Below are positions 39,535 through 51,210 of a stretch of DNA of 64,000 bases, one piece after another. Position numbers and translations under genes: made by a program. The DNA lies in the NCBI RefSeq assembly GCF_000143415.4, contig NW_003314262.1, positions 3,420,405 to 3,484,404 of the forward strand, read 5' to 3'. This DNA comes from Selaginella moellendorffii. Lineage: Eukaryota; Plantae; Lycopodiophyta. The notes under the pieces were generated by a model. It saw only the letters and a program-made list of their open reading frames with translations, searched no databases and was not told the origin of the DNA. Every line of letters begins with the position of its first letter. Within the stretch, counting starts at the first letter, position 1.

Positions 39535-39900
39535 TCAACCATCAAGCATAACATGAAGCTTGATAACCTAGTCCTACATGTAAGTTGGACAGATAGGATG
39601 CTAATTTGTGGACAAGTTGGAATTGCATGTAAGTATGAGATCTTTCTCTTTTTCCTTCGCTGCAGACTAGGTGATAATGTAGTCTTGGGTGGCCAAGCAG
39701 GTGTTGCAGACTACATAGACATCACTTCAAAGGTCCTACTTCCTGATGTTGTCAATCTTTCTATCCAGGTCCAAATCACAGCGAAAAGATTCAAACATTA
39801 CTGAGCTGGTTTCTTTTCCCAGTTCAGTTGCAAAAGCTCTCGTGCATACTGAAGTCACAGGTGCCCGTGGGCAATCGGTGGTGGCTTTGCGAAACTTTTG
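39535..39900 (+). pseudogene. LpxD-like (UDP-3-O-acylglucosamine N-acyltransferase) intron-containing fragment
   Basis: KLDNLV...LICGQVGIA|RLGDNVVLGGQAGVADYIDITSK|VQITAK hexapeptide repeats; truncated and frameshifted. Confidence 0.7.
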
Positions 39901-40045
39901 TGGCAAACATCCAATGTGAGAGATTGGCAAGAGCTTGTTGACAACACCAAGCTCGCTCTCAAGCTCAGCAACTGCATAACCTCGCTGGATCACCCCTTCA
40001 AGGATTGTTTGGCGCGACTCCTCAAATATACATCAAAGTTTTTCC

Positions 40046-42004
40046 TCAAGTGTATCTTTTCCTCCATGCGTCGAGAATCGTGGTCCATGTCACGCTATTT
40101 GGCTGGAATGGCATTCTCCTCGCTAGAGCAATGGCATCCTCGACGTTACTGGCACGGCCAAGAACGTCGATCATGCAGTGAAAGTGCTCGATGTGAGCAG
40201 CCACCCCAAACTTGGACCACATTCCATCCAAGAATTCCCGTCCTCGATCGAGAATCCCAGCGTGACTGCACGCCGCGAAAATCTCTACAAAGGTGACACT
40301 GTCCGGATCCACGCCTTGCACTCGCATGCTCCGAAACGCTTGGAACGCAGCGATGGCGTCTCCTCGAGCGCCATGTCCTGCAATCAAAGTATTCCATGCC
40401 ACAGTGTCGGGAGACGCAATGGAGCTCTCAAACACAAGCTCGGCGACCTCGACGCTCCCGCATTTACAGTAGAAGTCGAGCAGGGAAATCGCCACAGGAC
40501 TCCCTTCCAGTCCCTGCCGGAGAATCTGTCCGTGGAAGAGCTTACCGAGCTTCAAATCTCCCAGGTTCCCGCAAGCTTGCAACAACGCAAGAAAGGTTTG
40601 AGAGTTGGGAGCAACTTCCATGGCCGCATAGCATTCCAACGCAAGCTCGTCCTCACCAATGTAAACACATCCAAACAGGAAAGAGTTCCACGAGACTACG
40701 TCGCGATCTAAGATCTTATCAAATACCCGGCGTGCGTCCACGATCAAGCTTCCACACTTGGCATACATATCAACCAGACCGCTAGCAAGCGATGGATCTC
40801 TCTCCAGGCCAAGCTGCGAGATCCACGAGTGGATTTTCATTGCTTTCTCGAGAGATTCTACGTCTAAATCCCATCTCTTGCGTTGTTTCTTCTCGGCAAT
40901 TACGCTACAAGCCTTGATAGCGGCGAGGCAAGCTAAACGATCGGGTTTAAATCCTTGTTCTTGCATGGAAGAGAAGAGATGCAAAGCTTCTTCTCCATCT
41001 TGGCTTTCCTGAGCATAGCCTGTGATGATCGATGTCCAGGAAACGATGTCGTGCTGCTCCATCGAATCAAACACCCTGCGAGCATCCTCTAGACTTTCAC
41101 ACTTGGCATACAAGTCCACCATCGCGTTCGCCAAGTGTAAATGTTTCCCCGCCTCCAACTTGAAGCCGCGAGAGTTTGATGCGTGAAAGTGAATCGCCAT
41201 GGCTCGTTCCAAGCTCTTGATCTTCACAGCCAACGACGCATCAATCTCCTCTCGCGCTGCCAGACTAGAGCAAGCTTTGACAGCAGCGAGAAAACTCGAG
41301 CAATCTGGATTGATCATAGCAGCTTCCATCTGCGAGAAGAGCTCCAGAGCCAAATCTTCCTGCCGGTTTTGAGCGTATCCCAGAACCAATACCGTCCAGG
41401 AGACAACGTCGTGGTTCTCAATCCCATCGAAAACTCGCCAAGAGTCTCTCATGCTTCCACACTTGGCGTAGGTATCCGCGAGACAAGTTGCCAAACGAGC
41501 GTACCGCGAGAGCATGCTATCCGAACTCTTGGCAGCTCGAGCGTGGATCGCCATGGTTCTCTCGAGCAGCTTCATCCTCCCCGCGAAGAACTTCCCATTT
41601 TCGATCCCTGCTCGTTCTCTCTCGTCCAGAATCACGCAAGCCTTGAGAAGGGCCAGGAGAGTGGGGCCGCTTGGATCGCAGCCACTTCTTTCCATCTGCG
41701 AGAACAAATCCAGTGCTATCTCCGGAGCTCCATTCTGGACGTAGCCCACGATGAGCGCAGTCCAGCAAACCACGTCTCGCTGCTCCACCCCCTGGAAAAT
41801 CCTCGCGGCTTCGTCCAAGCAGCCACATTTGGCGTACATGGCCACGAGAGCGCTGGCGATGTAGATGTTGGCCTCTCCAAACTTCTTGGAGGCCGCATGA
41901 TGGATCTCCCTGCCCCGTGCAAGATCCTTTGTCCTAGCGCATACCTTGAGCGCCGCTAGCAGCGAGTGTATGGACTCTGATCGCGCGGAGCTCTGGAGAA
42001 TCAT
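40046..42004 (-). CDS. PLS-class PPR protein with long insertions in L motifs; E domain truncated
   Basis: 652-aa ORF, repeated MYAKCG..DA..VFD...DVVSWT; ends WTTILDAWRKRYT*. Confidence 0.88.
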   Translation of the reverse strand: MILQSSARSESIHSLLAALKVCARTKDLARGREIHHAASKKFGEANIYIASALVAMYAKCGCLDEAARIFQGVEQRDVVCWTALIVGYVQNGAPEIALDLFSQMERSGCDPSGPTLLALLKACVILDERERAGIENGKFFAGRMKLLERTMAIHARAAKSSDSMLSRYARLATCLADTYAKCGSMRDSWRVFDGIENHDVVSWTVLVLGYAQNRQEDLALELFSQMEAAMINPDCSSFLAAVKACSSLAAREEIDASLAVKIKSLERAMAIHFHASNSRGFKLEAGKHLHLANAMVDLYAKCESLEDARRVFDSMEQHDIVSWTSIITGYAQESQDGEEALHLFSSMQEQGFKPDRLACLAAIKACSVIAEKKQRKRWDLDVESLEKAMKIHSWISQLGLERDPSLASGLVDMYAKCGSLIVDARRVFDKILDRDVVSWNSFLFGCVYIGEDELALECYAAMEVAPNSQTFLALLQACGNLGDLKLGKLFHGQILRQGLEGSPVAISLLDFYCKCGSVEVAELVFESSIASPDTVAWNTLIAGHGARGDAIAAFQAFRSMRVQGVDPDSVTFVEIFAACSHAGILDRGREFLDGMWSKFGVAAHIEHFHCMIDVLGRASNVEDAIALARRMPFQPNSVTWTTILDAWRKRYT

Positions 42005-42189
42005 TCCAGGAACATTACCTAAATGTTATCACTTAAACATGATACCTTTGAAAATAAAAGATGCTTAAACGAAGATTCTACCTTTACAAACAAGCCCTGC
42101 TACATTTTCCATCGAAATGGTTAGCGTGCACAAAAAACTTTGACCAACACACGGTCTTGAATGAGAAGTTCTGTGATAAATACCTAGCA

Positions 42190-42935
42190 CTAGTAGAGAA
42201 CTATAGATTAGAGAAATCGATTGGGGGCGGAGGGCAAGCGATGGCATTCTGAAGGAGTGATGAGGTTTTTGCGATCAAGACAGTCCATGGGTCCGATGGG
42301 CTGTTTGAAGCTCGAGTGATGGCTATGCTAGAGGTGTCACTCAAGGGTTTGGATGAGTCCACTTTGAGCAGATCGTACGAGAAGAGCCCAATCAGTACGG
42401 GGAGGTGTACCACCTTGTTCTTGAGCCGTGCAATTGCAGCCTTCACGACCGGATCAAGTACAAGGGGCAGCTTGATGAGGAAGAATCTGCAAAGATCGTC
42501 ATAGCTCTCACCATGACATTAAAGAGAGTTCATGATAACGAGATCATCCACTGCGATCTGAAGCTTGCAAATGTTTTGCTGAAGTACCCGTGACCTGGGA
42601 AGTTCTATGTCCCAAAGGTGTCCGACTTTGGGACGGCTTGCTGGATAAAGGATCCATGGAACGAGTGTGGCGCTGGGACGTGGGATTATAGTGGTGCTCG
42701 ATGCTTAATGGTGCTATATCACAACCAGGATGTGTGGGGATTAGGGATGCTGCTTTACACTTGTCTCATCTTGTCCATTCCCAAATATAGATTTGGAAGT
42801 GGTATTTAAAAATGCACGCAAGAGAGATCGAAGGTTAAGGAATTTCCATCACAATTCTATGGATTGGGATAGCATTCCATCTGCAAGGCAGCTTATCCAA
42901 GGCATGACGGAATTGGATTTTACTTTGGAAATGGT
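42190..42935 (+). pseudogene. Ser/Thr protein kinase pseudogene
   Basis: IGGGGQAMA, FAIK, IIHCDLKLANVLL, SDFG, DVWGLGMLLY, split by stops and frameshifts. Confidence 0.85.
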
Positions 42936-43725
42936 ATCTATAGAAATAATTTTGTTCTTATATAAGGACCATGTAAATCTTATATAATGCAAGTTGAATT
43001 AAAAAAAAAACAAAAAGTTTGCTCTGTCAATTCTAAATATATTACTTATATCTTATAATTAACAAGAAGATTCACTTTGTCCTTGGATGGGCCGGGTGAT
43101 GGAGTAGCCTGACCCTGGATGAACATTTCATTTCCGATTCTGATCCACACTCGTCGGTCTATCCGGGCACTTCTCATTCTGGCTGTCGATGCATTGAAGG
43201 ACCTCCCGGAGACACGCTGCCTTGGAACAAGCTCCCAAGCTCGGCCTGCTGGTTCATCACCGAAAACGAGCCCAGCGTGGAACAATTGATGCTGGTGCTC
43301 ATCAAAATCACGAGAAGTATCCTTCCACGAGCCATTTTCCTCCACTCCAATAGCAAAACACTAGCTCTTCCCTTTGTCTGATGTTAAAGTTTTCTAGCCT
43401 TAGCAAGTTACCATGTAAGTTGATATAACAAAGATCCATAGGGAAGGACAAACCAATTATATAAGCATACGTTTGTCCATTTCATGTATAAAATTAGCAA
43501 CAGGTGTAAACTTGCTAGTGATTTTCGCCAGCTCAGCTTTATAGGACATGCTGGTGTTGGCAATAGTTGCCCCGGTGACATGTTTTGTAGCGGCGTATGT
43601 TATGTAACCCGCAGTAGTGGCGATGGTGGCGTGCACGGCACGGCCTTGCTGTAGTGCTCCAAAGTTGAGGAGCATCTCTAATGTCATTGATTGAAAAAAT
43701 TGGTGAGTGGCACAGCAGCTGGGCG

Positions 43726-44302
43726 TGGAATGTTTCCTGTTCTGGGTACAAATTCCTATGAGCTGCATATAAGCTTGTGGTTGTGGTTCGGTCCCAAAAT
43801 TTGGATGTATTGTATTCGCCTGAGGAAACGTTAGCATATACAACACTCAAACGGTGATAACTTTCTCCATCACTATGAAGCAAACATGTGCGCAATGCAA
43901 GAACCTGACCGTCACGGGTTGCTATAACGGCTGCAACATATTGTGCAGGTGGTGTGTGCACCTGATATGGAGTATAATGTAATAATTACCAAGGAGAATT
44001 ATGTGGTGTTTGAGTTTTGTTCATGAATAAATTACTCAAAACTCTACAACCACGCCTGACTGGGCTATGACCAGTGGTTTTTATCAGAATTTTGTACATA
44101 ACTAAAACATTCTGAATATTATGCATTGAATTTGCTTGAGAGCCTGAAGACGAATGCTGTCAGATTGGATTTGATTAATTTGAATTTATTCAAGATGGCT
44201 ACAATGACATTAGAGATGGACAACATTCCAGTTGACTCTTTTTTACATTTCCTCCTAAGGCTTTAGTTCATTTAGGGAGTCGAAAATGTACTATTTAGCT
44301 TT
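43726..44302. repeat. Direct repeat copy 1 of 47161-47740
   Basis: Near-identical about 580-bp block beginning TGGAATGTTTCCTGTTCTGGG and ending ACTATTTAGCTTT. Confidence 0.92.
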
Positions 44303-44390
44303 CATCACAAGATTCAGCGAGAGCATTGAAGTGGCAGCCCTGAAAAACAAGAGCCATTATGAGGAGACAAACCAGCACAACAGGCTTCAT
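44295..44390 (-). pseudogene. Truncated copy of the Cys-rich peptide gene in the left arm
   Basis: MKPVVLVCLLIMALVFQGCHFNALAESCDES*. Confidence 0.8.
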
Positions 44391-45020
44391 CTTGTTGTTG
44401 ACGAGAAACAGACTAATGAACTTGGAACGAACAGATGAGGATTGGCGAATTGAGGAACGACACTCACCAATTTATAGCAAGGGACTGTAAGCCAGAGGAC
44501 AAGGAAAACATTCAGACTGAAAGGCTGCCGGTGCGTTCAGAGTGAACTAAGTCTGTTCTCGATAAGAACAAACGTGTTGAGATGGAATAAATTACTGCAA
44601 CAATATGAAAAAACAAATTCTGTGTTGAATGTGATAGTACATGCTCAATAGTGGAAGTTCCAGTGTTCCACTATTGAGCATGTACTATCACATTCAACAC
44701 AGAATTTGTTTTTTCATATTGTTGCAGTAATTTATTCCATCTCAACACGTTTGTTCTTATCGAGAACAGACTTAGTCTACTCTGAACGCACCGGCAGCCT
44801 TTCAGTCTGAATGTTTTCCTTGTCCTCTGGCTTACAGTCCCTTGCTATAAATTGGTGAGTGTCGTTCCTCAATTCGCCAATCCTCATCTGTTCGTTCCAA
44901 GTTCATTAGTCTGTTTCTCTTCAACAACAAGATGAAGCCTGTTGTGCTGGTTTGTCTCCTCATAATGGCTCTTGTTTTTCAGGGCTGCCACTTCAATGCT
45001 CTCGCTGAATCTTGTGATGA
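44302..45020. repeat. Long palindrome: 355-bp arms (44302-44656 / 44666-45020), 9-nt loop
   Basis: Arms are reverse-complementary; 3 mismatches seen. Confidence 0.95.
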
Positions 45021-45171
45021 TGACGACAAAGCCTGCACTGGCAAGATATATGGGAAACTTGGTGGTCATAACTGTCAGAGGAAAGGTGGGAAGCAGTATG
45101 GATACCAGGGCAATTGTCTGCGTATCAACAAGGCGATCGGACTTGAGGGAGGATGCTGCTACTTGAGCTGA
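44932..45171 (+). CDS. Secreted cysteine-rich (defensin-like) peptide 1
   Basis: Hydrophobic signal peptide; mature pattern C-x6-C-x12-C-x13-C-x12-CC; TATAAA at 44846; intact paralogue present. Confidence 0.8.
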   Translation: MKPVVLVCLLIMALVFQGCHFNALAESCDDDDKACTGKIYGKLGGHNCQRKGGKQYGYQGNCLRINKAIGLEGGCCYLS

Positions 45172-45254
45172 ATGATTCAGAATGACTTGAAAATGAATAA
45201 CCATAAATAAAAGTTTGTTGGTTTTTGTCTTGAACACTTTCAATAACTGCCCTG

Positions 45255-45490
45255 CTCGCGGCTTTGAACAGGAGCTGCGCCAATCTGGAGCGCATCACGG
45301 ACCATCACTTGTGCTCTGGCACGTCTTCAGCTTTGTGGAACTTCCAGAGTCGTTCACAATGCGGGCTGTCTGCAAGTCCTGGTATGATGCTGTGCTCTCT
45401 CCTCGTTTCGCTCAGCTGTACAAGGCTACGAGCCACCGCTCGAACCCTGGGCCCTGCTCAGGCTGCGGACAGATCCGCCTATTGACCAGC
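45255..45490 (+). pseudogene. Duplicated 5' fragment of the adjacent F-box gene
   Basis: Matches 45800-46030 (...MRAVCKSWYDAVL). Confidence 0.8.
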
Positions 45491-45787
45491 TTCGTTTGCT
45501 TCTTACAAAAGTCGTGTAGAAGCTAAGAGCTATCATGAGGAAACAGACCAGAACAACCTTCACCTTCATCTTGTCGCTACAGAGCCGATCCAGAGCACTA
45601 AGAGAAACAGTAGCCTCCGATCCCAACTCACTGTCGCGGTGCCTTGCCCTTCCAACAAGCAAGCTCTACAGCCTTTCTACTGGCGGCCAGCTCAACCTCT
45701 TGTCTGCGCCCGTATCTGCATTATCTAAGCTTGTAGTGCGGTTCCAGCTGCACTACGTTTAAAGTCAAAAACCCTAATAGCGAGTAA

Positions 45788-47110
45788 ATGGGGAGATGGG
45801 GCGCCTTTGAACAGGATGGGGGTCGCTGCGGCAATCTGGAGCGCATCACGGAGCCATCGCTTGTGCTCCACATCTTCAGCTTTCTGGGTCTTCCAGAGTT
45901 GTTCACATTGCGGGCTGTCTGCAAGTCCTGGTATGATGCTGTGCTCTTTCCTCGTTTCGTGCAGCTGTACAAGCCATCGCTCAAACCCTGGGCTGTGCTC
46001 AGAGTGCGGACGGATCCGCCTGTTGACCGGTAAGCTTGCTGCTTTCATCATGATCGTTGAAGCAAGTGGCTCTGTAGGGAGCTTCGCTATGACGAGGAGC
46101 ATTTTGATTATGGCACGAAGCTAGAGAATCACACCGAGCTATGGCGTCCACACCTGAGCTTGAACCAACGTAAGAGATGCAGTCTTCCATTGGGCCCATC
46201 AGGTTCGCGTTTCGTGGGCTTGTGTTCTTCCAATGGACTTGTCTGTGGCATGCTCATGGAACATAGAGACTCGGTGACTTTAGCTGTGGGAAACCCGATC
46301 ACCAACATGTGGAAGGCACTACCGCCTGCTCCAATTGCCTCTCCGGATCGTCCACGCCCAGCCTACCTCAACATCTCCATGGAAGCAGAAATAAACGCAG
46401 ACAGTAGCTCTTACCAGGTCGTGATACTGTACCAGAAGTACCAGACGCCTGTTGAAGGCCCGACAGAAGATGATGGTGACGACCAAATTTGCTCACTGCA
46501 GTACGAATCAGAGTCATGTTCTTGGCATGAAGGCCCGCTCTTCAGCACTTCAAACTCATTGGGATCACCTCTCCGAGGGTGTGCTTTCTTCTACACTGGG
46601 GAGAACATATTCCCAGCTTACGATCCGCATTCCAGAGCTTGGTCTCATGTAGCTATCTCGCCACCAGCACGTACCGAACAAGAACAAGAACAGGAAGACG
46701 ATAGCTGGGCAAACTGGTCTTTTGGATACATAGGTGCCTTCATGTACAAGGGGAAATGCTACTGGGCATCGTTCATGTTCAATGCAGAGACATTTGAAGA
46801 CATTGGAGTGGCAATCTGGGAGATGAAACAGGAAAACTCAACGTGGGTCTTGGTGTCGCGGATTCTGTCCACGGACCTGTTTGGACCCAATTGTTGTTCG
46901 TCAGTGGGGGACAAGGATATGACCGTGAGGCTGGTCGAGGACACCGCTTTCATCTCGGTTTTCTATAGGAAGGAAAGCCATGGGGTGTGGCCTCCTGTTG
47001 CGTACGACTTTCTTCTGTCCAAGTGGTATACTTGCTGCATGGAGAACATGGAGAACGAGGATATTGAGTGCAATTATGTGGTGATACCCAGCCTAACTGC
47101 CAAGCCTTAA
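45788..47110 (+). CDS. F-box protein with kelch/FBA-like C-terminal region; exons 45788-46029, 46078-47110
   Basis: LVLHIFSFLGLPELFTLRAVCKSW F-box; 48-nt in-frame intron; CSSNGLVC...VGNPITNMWKALPP. Confidence 0.87.
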
Positions 47111-47160
47111 CAGGATCTCCATATGTAGGAAACGAGAAATTTTCAGATCATACTAGTGAA

Positions 47161-47740
47161 TGGAATGTTTCCTGTTCTGGGTACAAATTCCTATGAGCTG
47201 CATATAAGCTTGTGGTTGTGGTTCGGTCCCAAACTTTGGATGTATTGTATTCGCCTGAGGAAACATTAGCATATACAACACTCAAACGGTGATAACTTTC
47301 TCCATCACTATGAAGCAAACATGTGCGCAATGCAAGAACCCGACCGTCACGGGTTGCTATAACGTATTGTGCAGGTGGTGTGTGCACCTGATATGGAGTA
47401 TAATGTAATAATTACCAAGGAGAATTATGTGGTGTTTGAGTTTTGTTCATGAATAAATTAGTCAAAACTCCAAGTTCCCCAAGGAGGACCCTTACAACCA
47501 CGCCTGACTGGGCTATGACCAGTGGTTTTTATCAGAATTTTGTACATAACTAAAACATTCTGAATATTATGCCTTGAATTTTTTTGAGAGCCTGAAGACG
47601 AATGCTGTCAGATTGGATTTGATTAATTTGACTTTATTCAATGATGGCTACAATGACATTAGAGATGGACATGACTCATTTTTACATTTCCTCCTAAGGC
47701 TTTAGTTCATTTAGGGAGTCGAAATGTACTATTTAGCTTT
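47161..47740. repeat. Direct repeat copy 2 of 43726-44302
   Basis: See copy 1. Confidence 0.92.
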
Positions 47741-48061
47741 TATAGCTACTTGAAGTTTTCCCAACGCATGATTTAATAATGCCCGCTACACGTGGTATAA
47801 TAGTATTGCCCCAGCCCAGGCTTGTAGGGTAACTTCGTAACACTAAAAATTGGGATGTTGCTCCTCCATTCATGACTCATTTCATGTTGATTAGTCTGTT
47901 TCTGTTAACAAGTCTGCTGAGCAACAAGATGTTACTTACTTATTCTTGCACTGATTTGGAGTTAGTAGGCTTTGTTTTTTGCACTTTCTTGATTGAACCT
48001 TGATTTCAGCCTTTAAACCTTGTAAGAACTTTGGTGCTTTTATTTATAGCACTATGAACAA

Positions 48062-48152
48062 CTCTGGAAGACCCAGAAAGCTGAAGATGCGACGGATCCG
48101 TGATGCGCTCCATATGCGATCCTGTTCAAAGCCGCCCCATCTCCCCATTTTC
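48062..48152 (-). pseudogene. Inverted F-box 5' fragment
   Basis: Reverse complement resembles ATGGGGAGATGGGG...TTTGAACAGGAT...CATCTTCAGCTTTCTGGGTCTTCCAGAG. Confidence 0.7.
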
Positions 48153-48239
48153 TCGCTCAGGTGCACCTAGGGCAGTTATTGTTCAAGCCAAAAACCAGAT
48201 TTATTTATGGTTATTAATTTTCAAGTCATTCCGACTCAT

Positions 48240-48479
48240 TCAGCTCAAGTAGCAGCATCCTCCCTCATATCCAATCGCCTGGTTGATCCGCAGACAATTG
48301 CCCTGGTATCCATACTGCTTCCCACCTTTCCTCTGACAGTTATGACCACTAAGTTTCCCATATATCTTGCCAGTGCAGACTTTGTCCCCAGGATTACAAG
48401 ATTCAGAGAGAACGTTGAAGTGGCAGCCCTGAAAAACAAGAGCCATTATGAGGAGACAAACCAGCACAACAGGCTTCAT
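48240..48479 (-). CDS. Secreted cysteine-rich (defensin-like) peptide 2
   Basis: 79-aa paralogue of 44932-45171 with all Cys conserved. Confidence 0.8.
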   Translation of the reverse strand: MKPVVLVCLLIMALVFQGCHFNVLSESCNPGDKVCTGKIYGKLSGHNCQRKGGKQYGYQGNCLRINQAIGYEGGCCYLS

Positions 48480-48939
48480 CTTGTTGTTGAAGAGAAACAA
48501 ACTAATGAACTTGGAACGAGCAGATGAGGATTGGCGAATTGAGGGACAACACTCACAAATTTATGGCAAGGGACTGTCAGCCAGAGGACAAGGAAAACGT
48601 GGAAAATGTTCAGACTGAAAGGCTGCCGGTGCGTTCAGAGTAGACTAAGTCTGTTCTCGATAAGAACAAACGTGTTGAGATGGAATAAATTACTGCAAAG
48701 TGAGTCTGACAATATGAAAAAACAAATTCTGTGTTGAATGTGATAGCACAAGCTCAATAGTGGAACACTCGAACTTCCACTATTGAGCATGTACTCACCT
48801 TTGTTCATACAATTATGATAATCAAATTTCCCAGACATTTGGGATTGAAAAACGAGAGACGTCATCACAAATCAGTGCCTGCATGCTAAGATTAAATCTA
48901 ATATTGCCAATCCAGGTAAAATCTAGGCAACCTTGGGAT

Positions 48940-51210
48940 GTTGAGGGGGGGTCTGATCTACCTCGATTGCCAAACCCTGAGCACAAGACAAGGAGCTGCT
49001 GCTGCCCCTAAAGGTTATGTGGAAGAATGGCTGCAATTTGTTTGGGTGACCTATGGTTATCTAGACATATCATAGTGAATTTGGTTGATTAATATTCAAC
49101 ATCATTTTGAAGCTTTTAAGAGTTTGAGGAGCAAACCTTGCGTATCATCTAAGGATCACAAGGCAAATATTGCAAAAAGAGTTCCATATCAGCTGCATGG
49201 ATGCTGCTCAACCTTGAATTTCGAACTTGCAACATTAAGGTGCCTAGGTTTGGTCAGATGCTTGCATATTCTGGATTGCCAATGTTGTGTTCAAAGCCGA
49301 ATATCAAAAGAGGTCCTAAAGCTCACAAGAACATGCAATACCTGGAAAGTTCACGACAACAGCATTATAAACAACACTTTCAAGATGGAGCACTTTAAGG
49401 AGATTTAGTTCATTCAACAGCTCCAATGGTAGCAATGGATCCACATTTGCTCACAATTCTTCTAAGATATTATGGCTACAAGGCAGAAAATCGCTGCCAG
49501 CATTTTACAAAGGTAAAAAAGTTGTTGAGAGGGTTTGGAGTGCTAAATTCAGCAATGCAGTCAAGGTATTTCCTCCTAACTTTGCATGATGAAGCTGATT
49601 CATGGTTTGCTATGGTGAATATGGAATCACCTCCTCTACTCATGATGCTCAAGATCATGTTTTTGAAGTGGTTTGAACCTACAATAACAAAGGAAATGGT
49701 AATGATAGAGTGAGACGCATTCAAACAAAGACCAAATGAATCTATCCAAGCCTATAATGAGAGAGTTTAGGTGTATGATGCACGGTGCCAAGAATATGGA
49801 GTTGATAACAACAGTCTATGAATGGTGAAGTCTTATAGAGACTTTTTGCATTCAATTTTAATAGGTGAGTTTGGTACAAAGATCCATCAACATTGCAAGC
49901 AACAATGAAAGAAGCTATTGCGCAAGATAAAAAGCGATTGCAAGAACTAGGGCCTATTATCAACAATGTGTACCATGCTTAACTGCTTCCACAATCACCA
50001 TGCTTTCTACCTTAACAACAAAGGAGTCATCATCAGCAAGAGCAAGATATGCAAGGATCTCAAACTACCTTCAATGCAACATATCTATATCAAGATGTAA
50101 CTACTAGACAGAGTCAGCAGTTTGGGCAGCAATAGGCATATTCATAATCAAATAATTATCCATCATACAAACCTCCATGGTTATTGTGCATCACAACAGC
50201 ATTCAAGTGATTACAATTCATACCAACATCTTTGTTATGCATGTGATGAATACGACCATGATGATGAGCATTGTGCAATAAGGCAATGGATCTACATAAA
50301 CATTGGTTATGATTAGTTAGCAAACACTTGGCCAACTTCATCAAAAGCACGAGGGGTCTTCACACAATTGTTTCTTGACAGTTGCCTTCTTAATCTTGCA
50401 ATGGCTAGCTCCATTAATTACTTTATTGATTGCCTCAACCACTTCAGTTTTATTTGAATGTTGTGGTTCCAACTAGTGCTTAAAGATTGAAAACTTAGAT
50501 AAGTTCCTAGGTTATCCAAGCATACATGTTAATTTTGACTTTGGTTTTGGAAGTTTTTGTTGAAGATGATTTTGATTTGCTTGGGTTTTGTGCAATAGAG
50601 CTACCTTGCAATGAGTTAAAGGTTGCATCTTATAACTTGATAGAGGATGGTTTTCATCAAGCAACAACTACTAAAAAGGTTGAACATCTACAATAAGATT
50701 TAGTTCCAACCATTTCAAGTTTAACAATCAAGCTAGTGACAACTACTCTTAGCTTCCAACCTTTATAGAGTTGTTTTAAGGATGTGAAACAAGTACTTCA
50801 TATTTTTTAAGCCTTTATTTAGGTGTTTGTTGCAACATCAACTAGTTTCTAGTACAAAGATTGGTTTGGACTAATCAAATACAATATCAACAGGTCTTAT
50901 TCCACTACTAAATTTTTTGACAACAACATCAATAGTTTTTTTCAAGCAAGCTCCTCTTGAGTGACATTTACAATAAACTCTGACCTCAATGACTAGTTTC
51001 AAGCAAGCTGATTCTATTTTGCATTCACAAGTTCTTTACCAGCGACCCAATAGGTTTCAACCACTTCATTACACTCAACTAGCAAATCACTTAACAAGAG
51101 GTGTTTTCATCAATTTCAACTTCATCATGATGTCATTGGTTACTTGGGTTTTTGTACAAATGGTCCATGTTGTCAACTTTTCTCGAGCTTTTCACAATGA
51201 TGACAATTCC
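48940..51210 (+). mobile_element. Decayed retrotransposon gag region
   Basis: YFLLTLHDEADSWF...MFLKWF gag-like segment; CYACDEYDHDDEHC zinc knuckle; many stops. Confidence 0.65.

Noticed and set aside
43860-43975. Cys-rich reading (QTCAQCKNLTVTGCYNGCNILCRWC) in the duplicated block
   Set aside because: No convincing signal exon, and the second copy has a deletion; cannot be supported as a gene.
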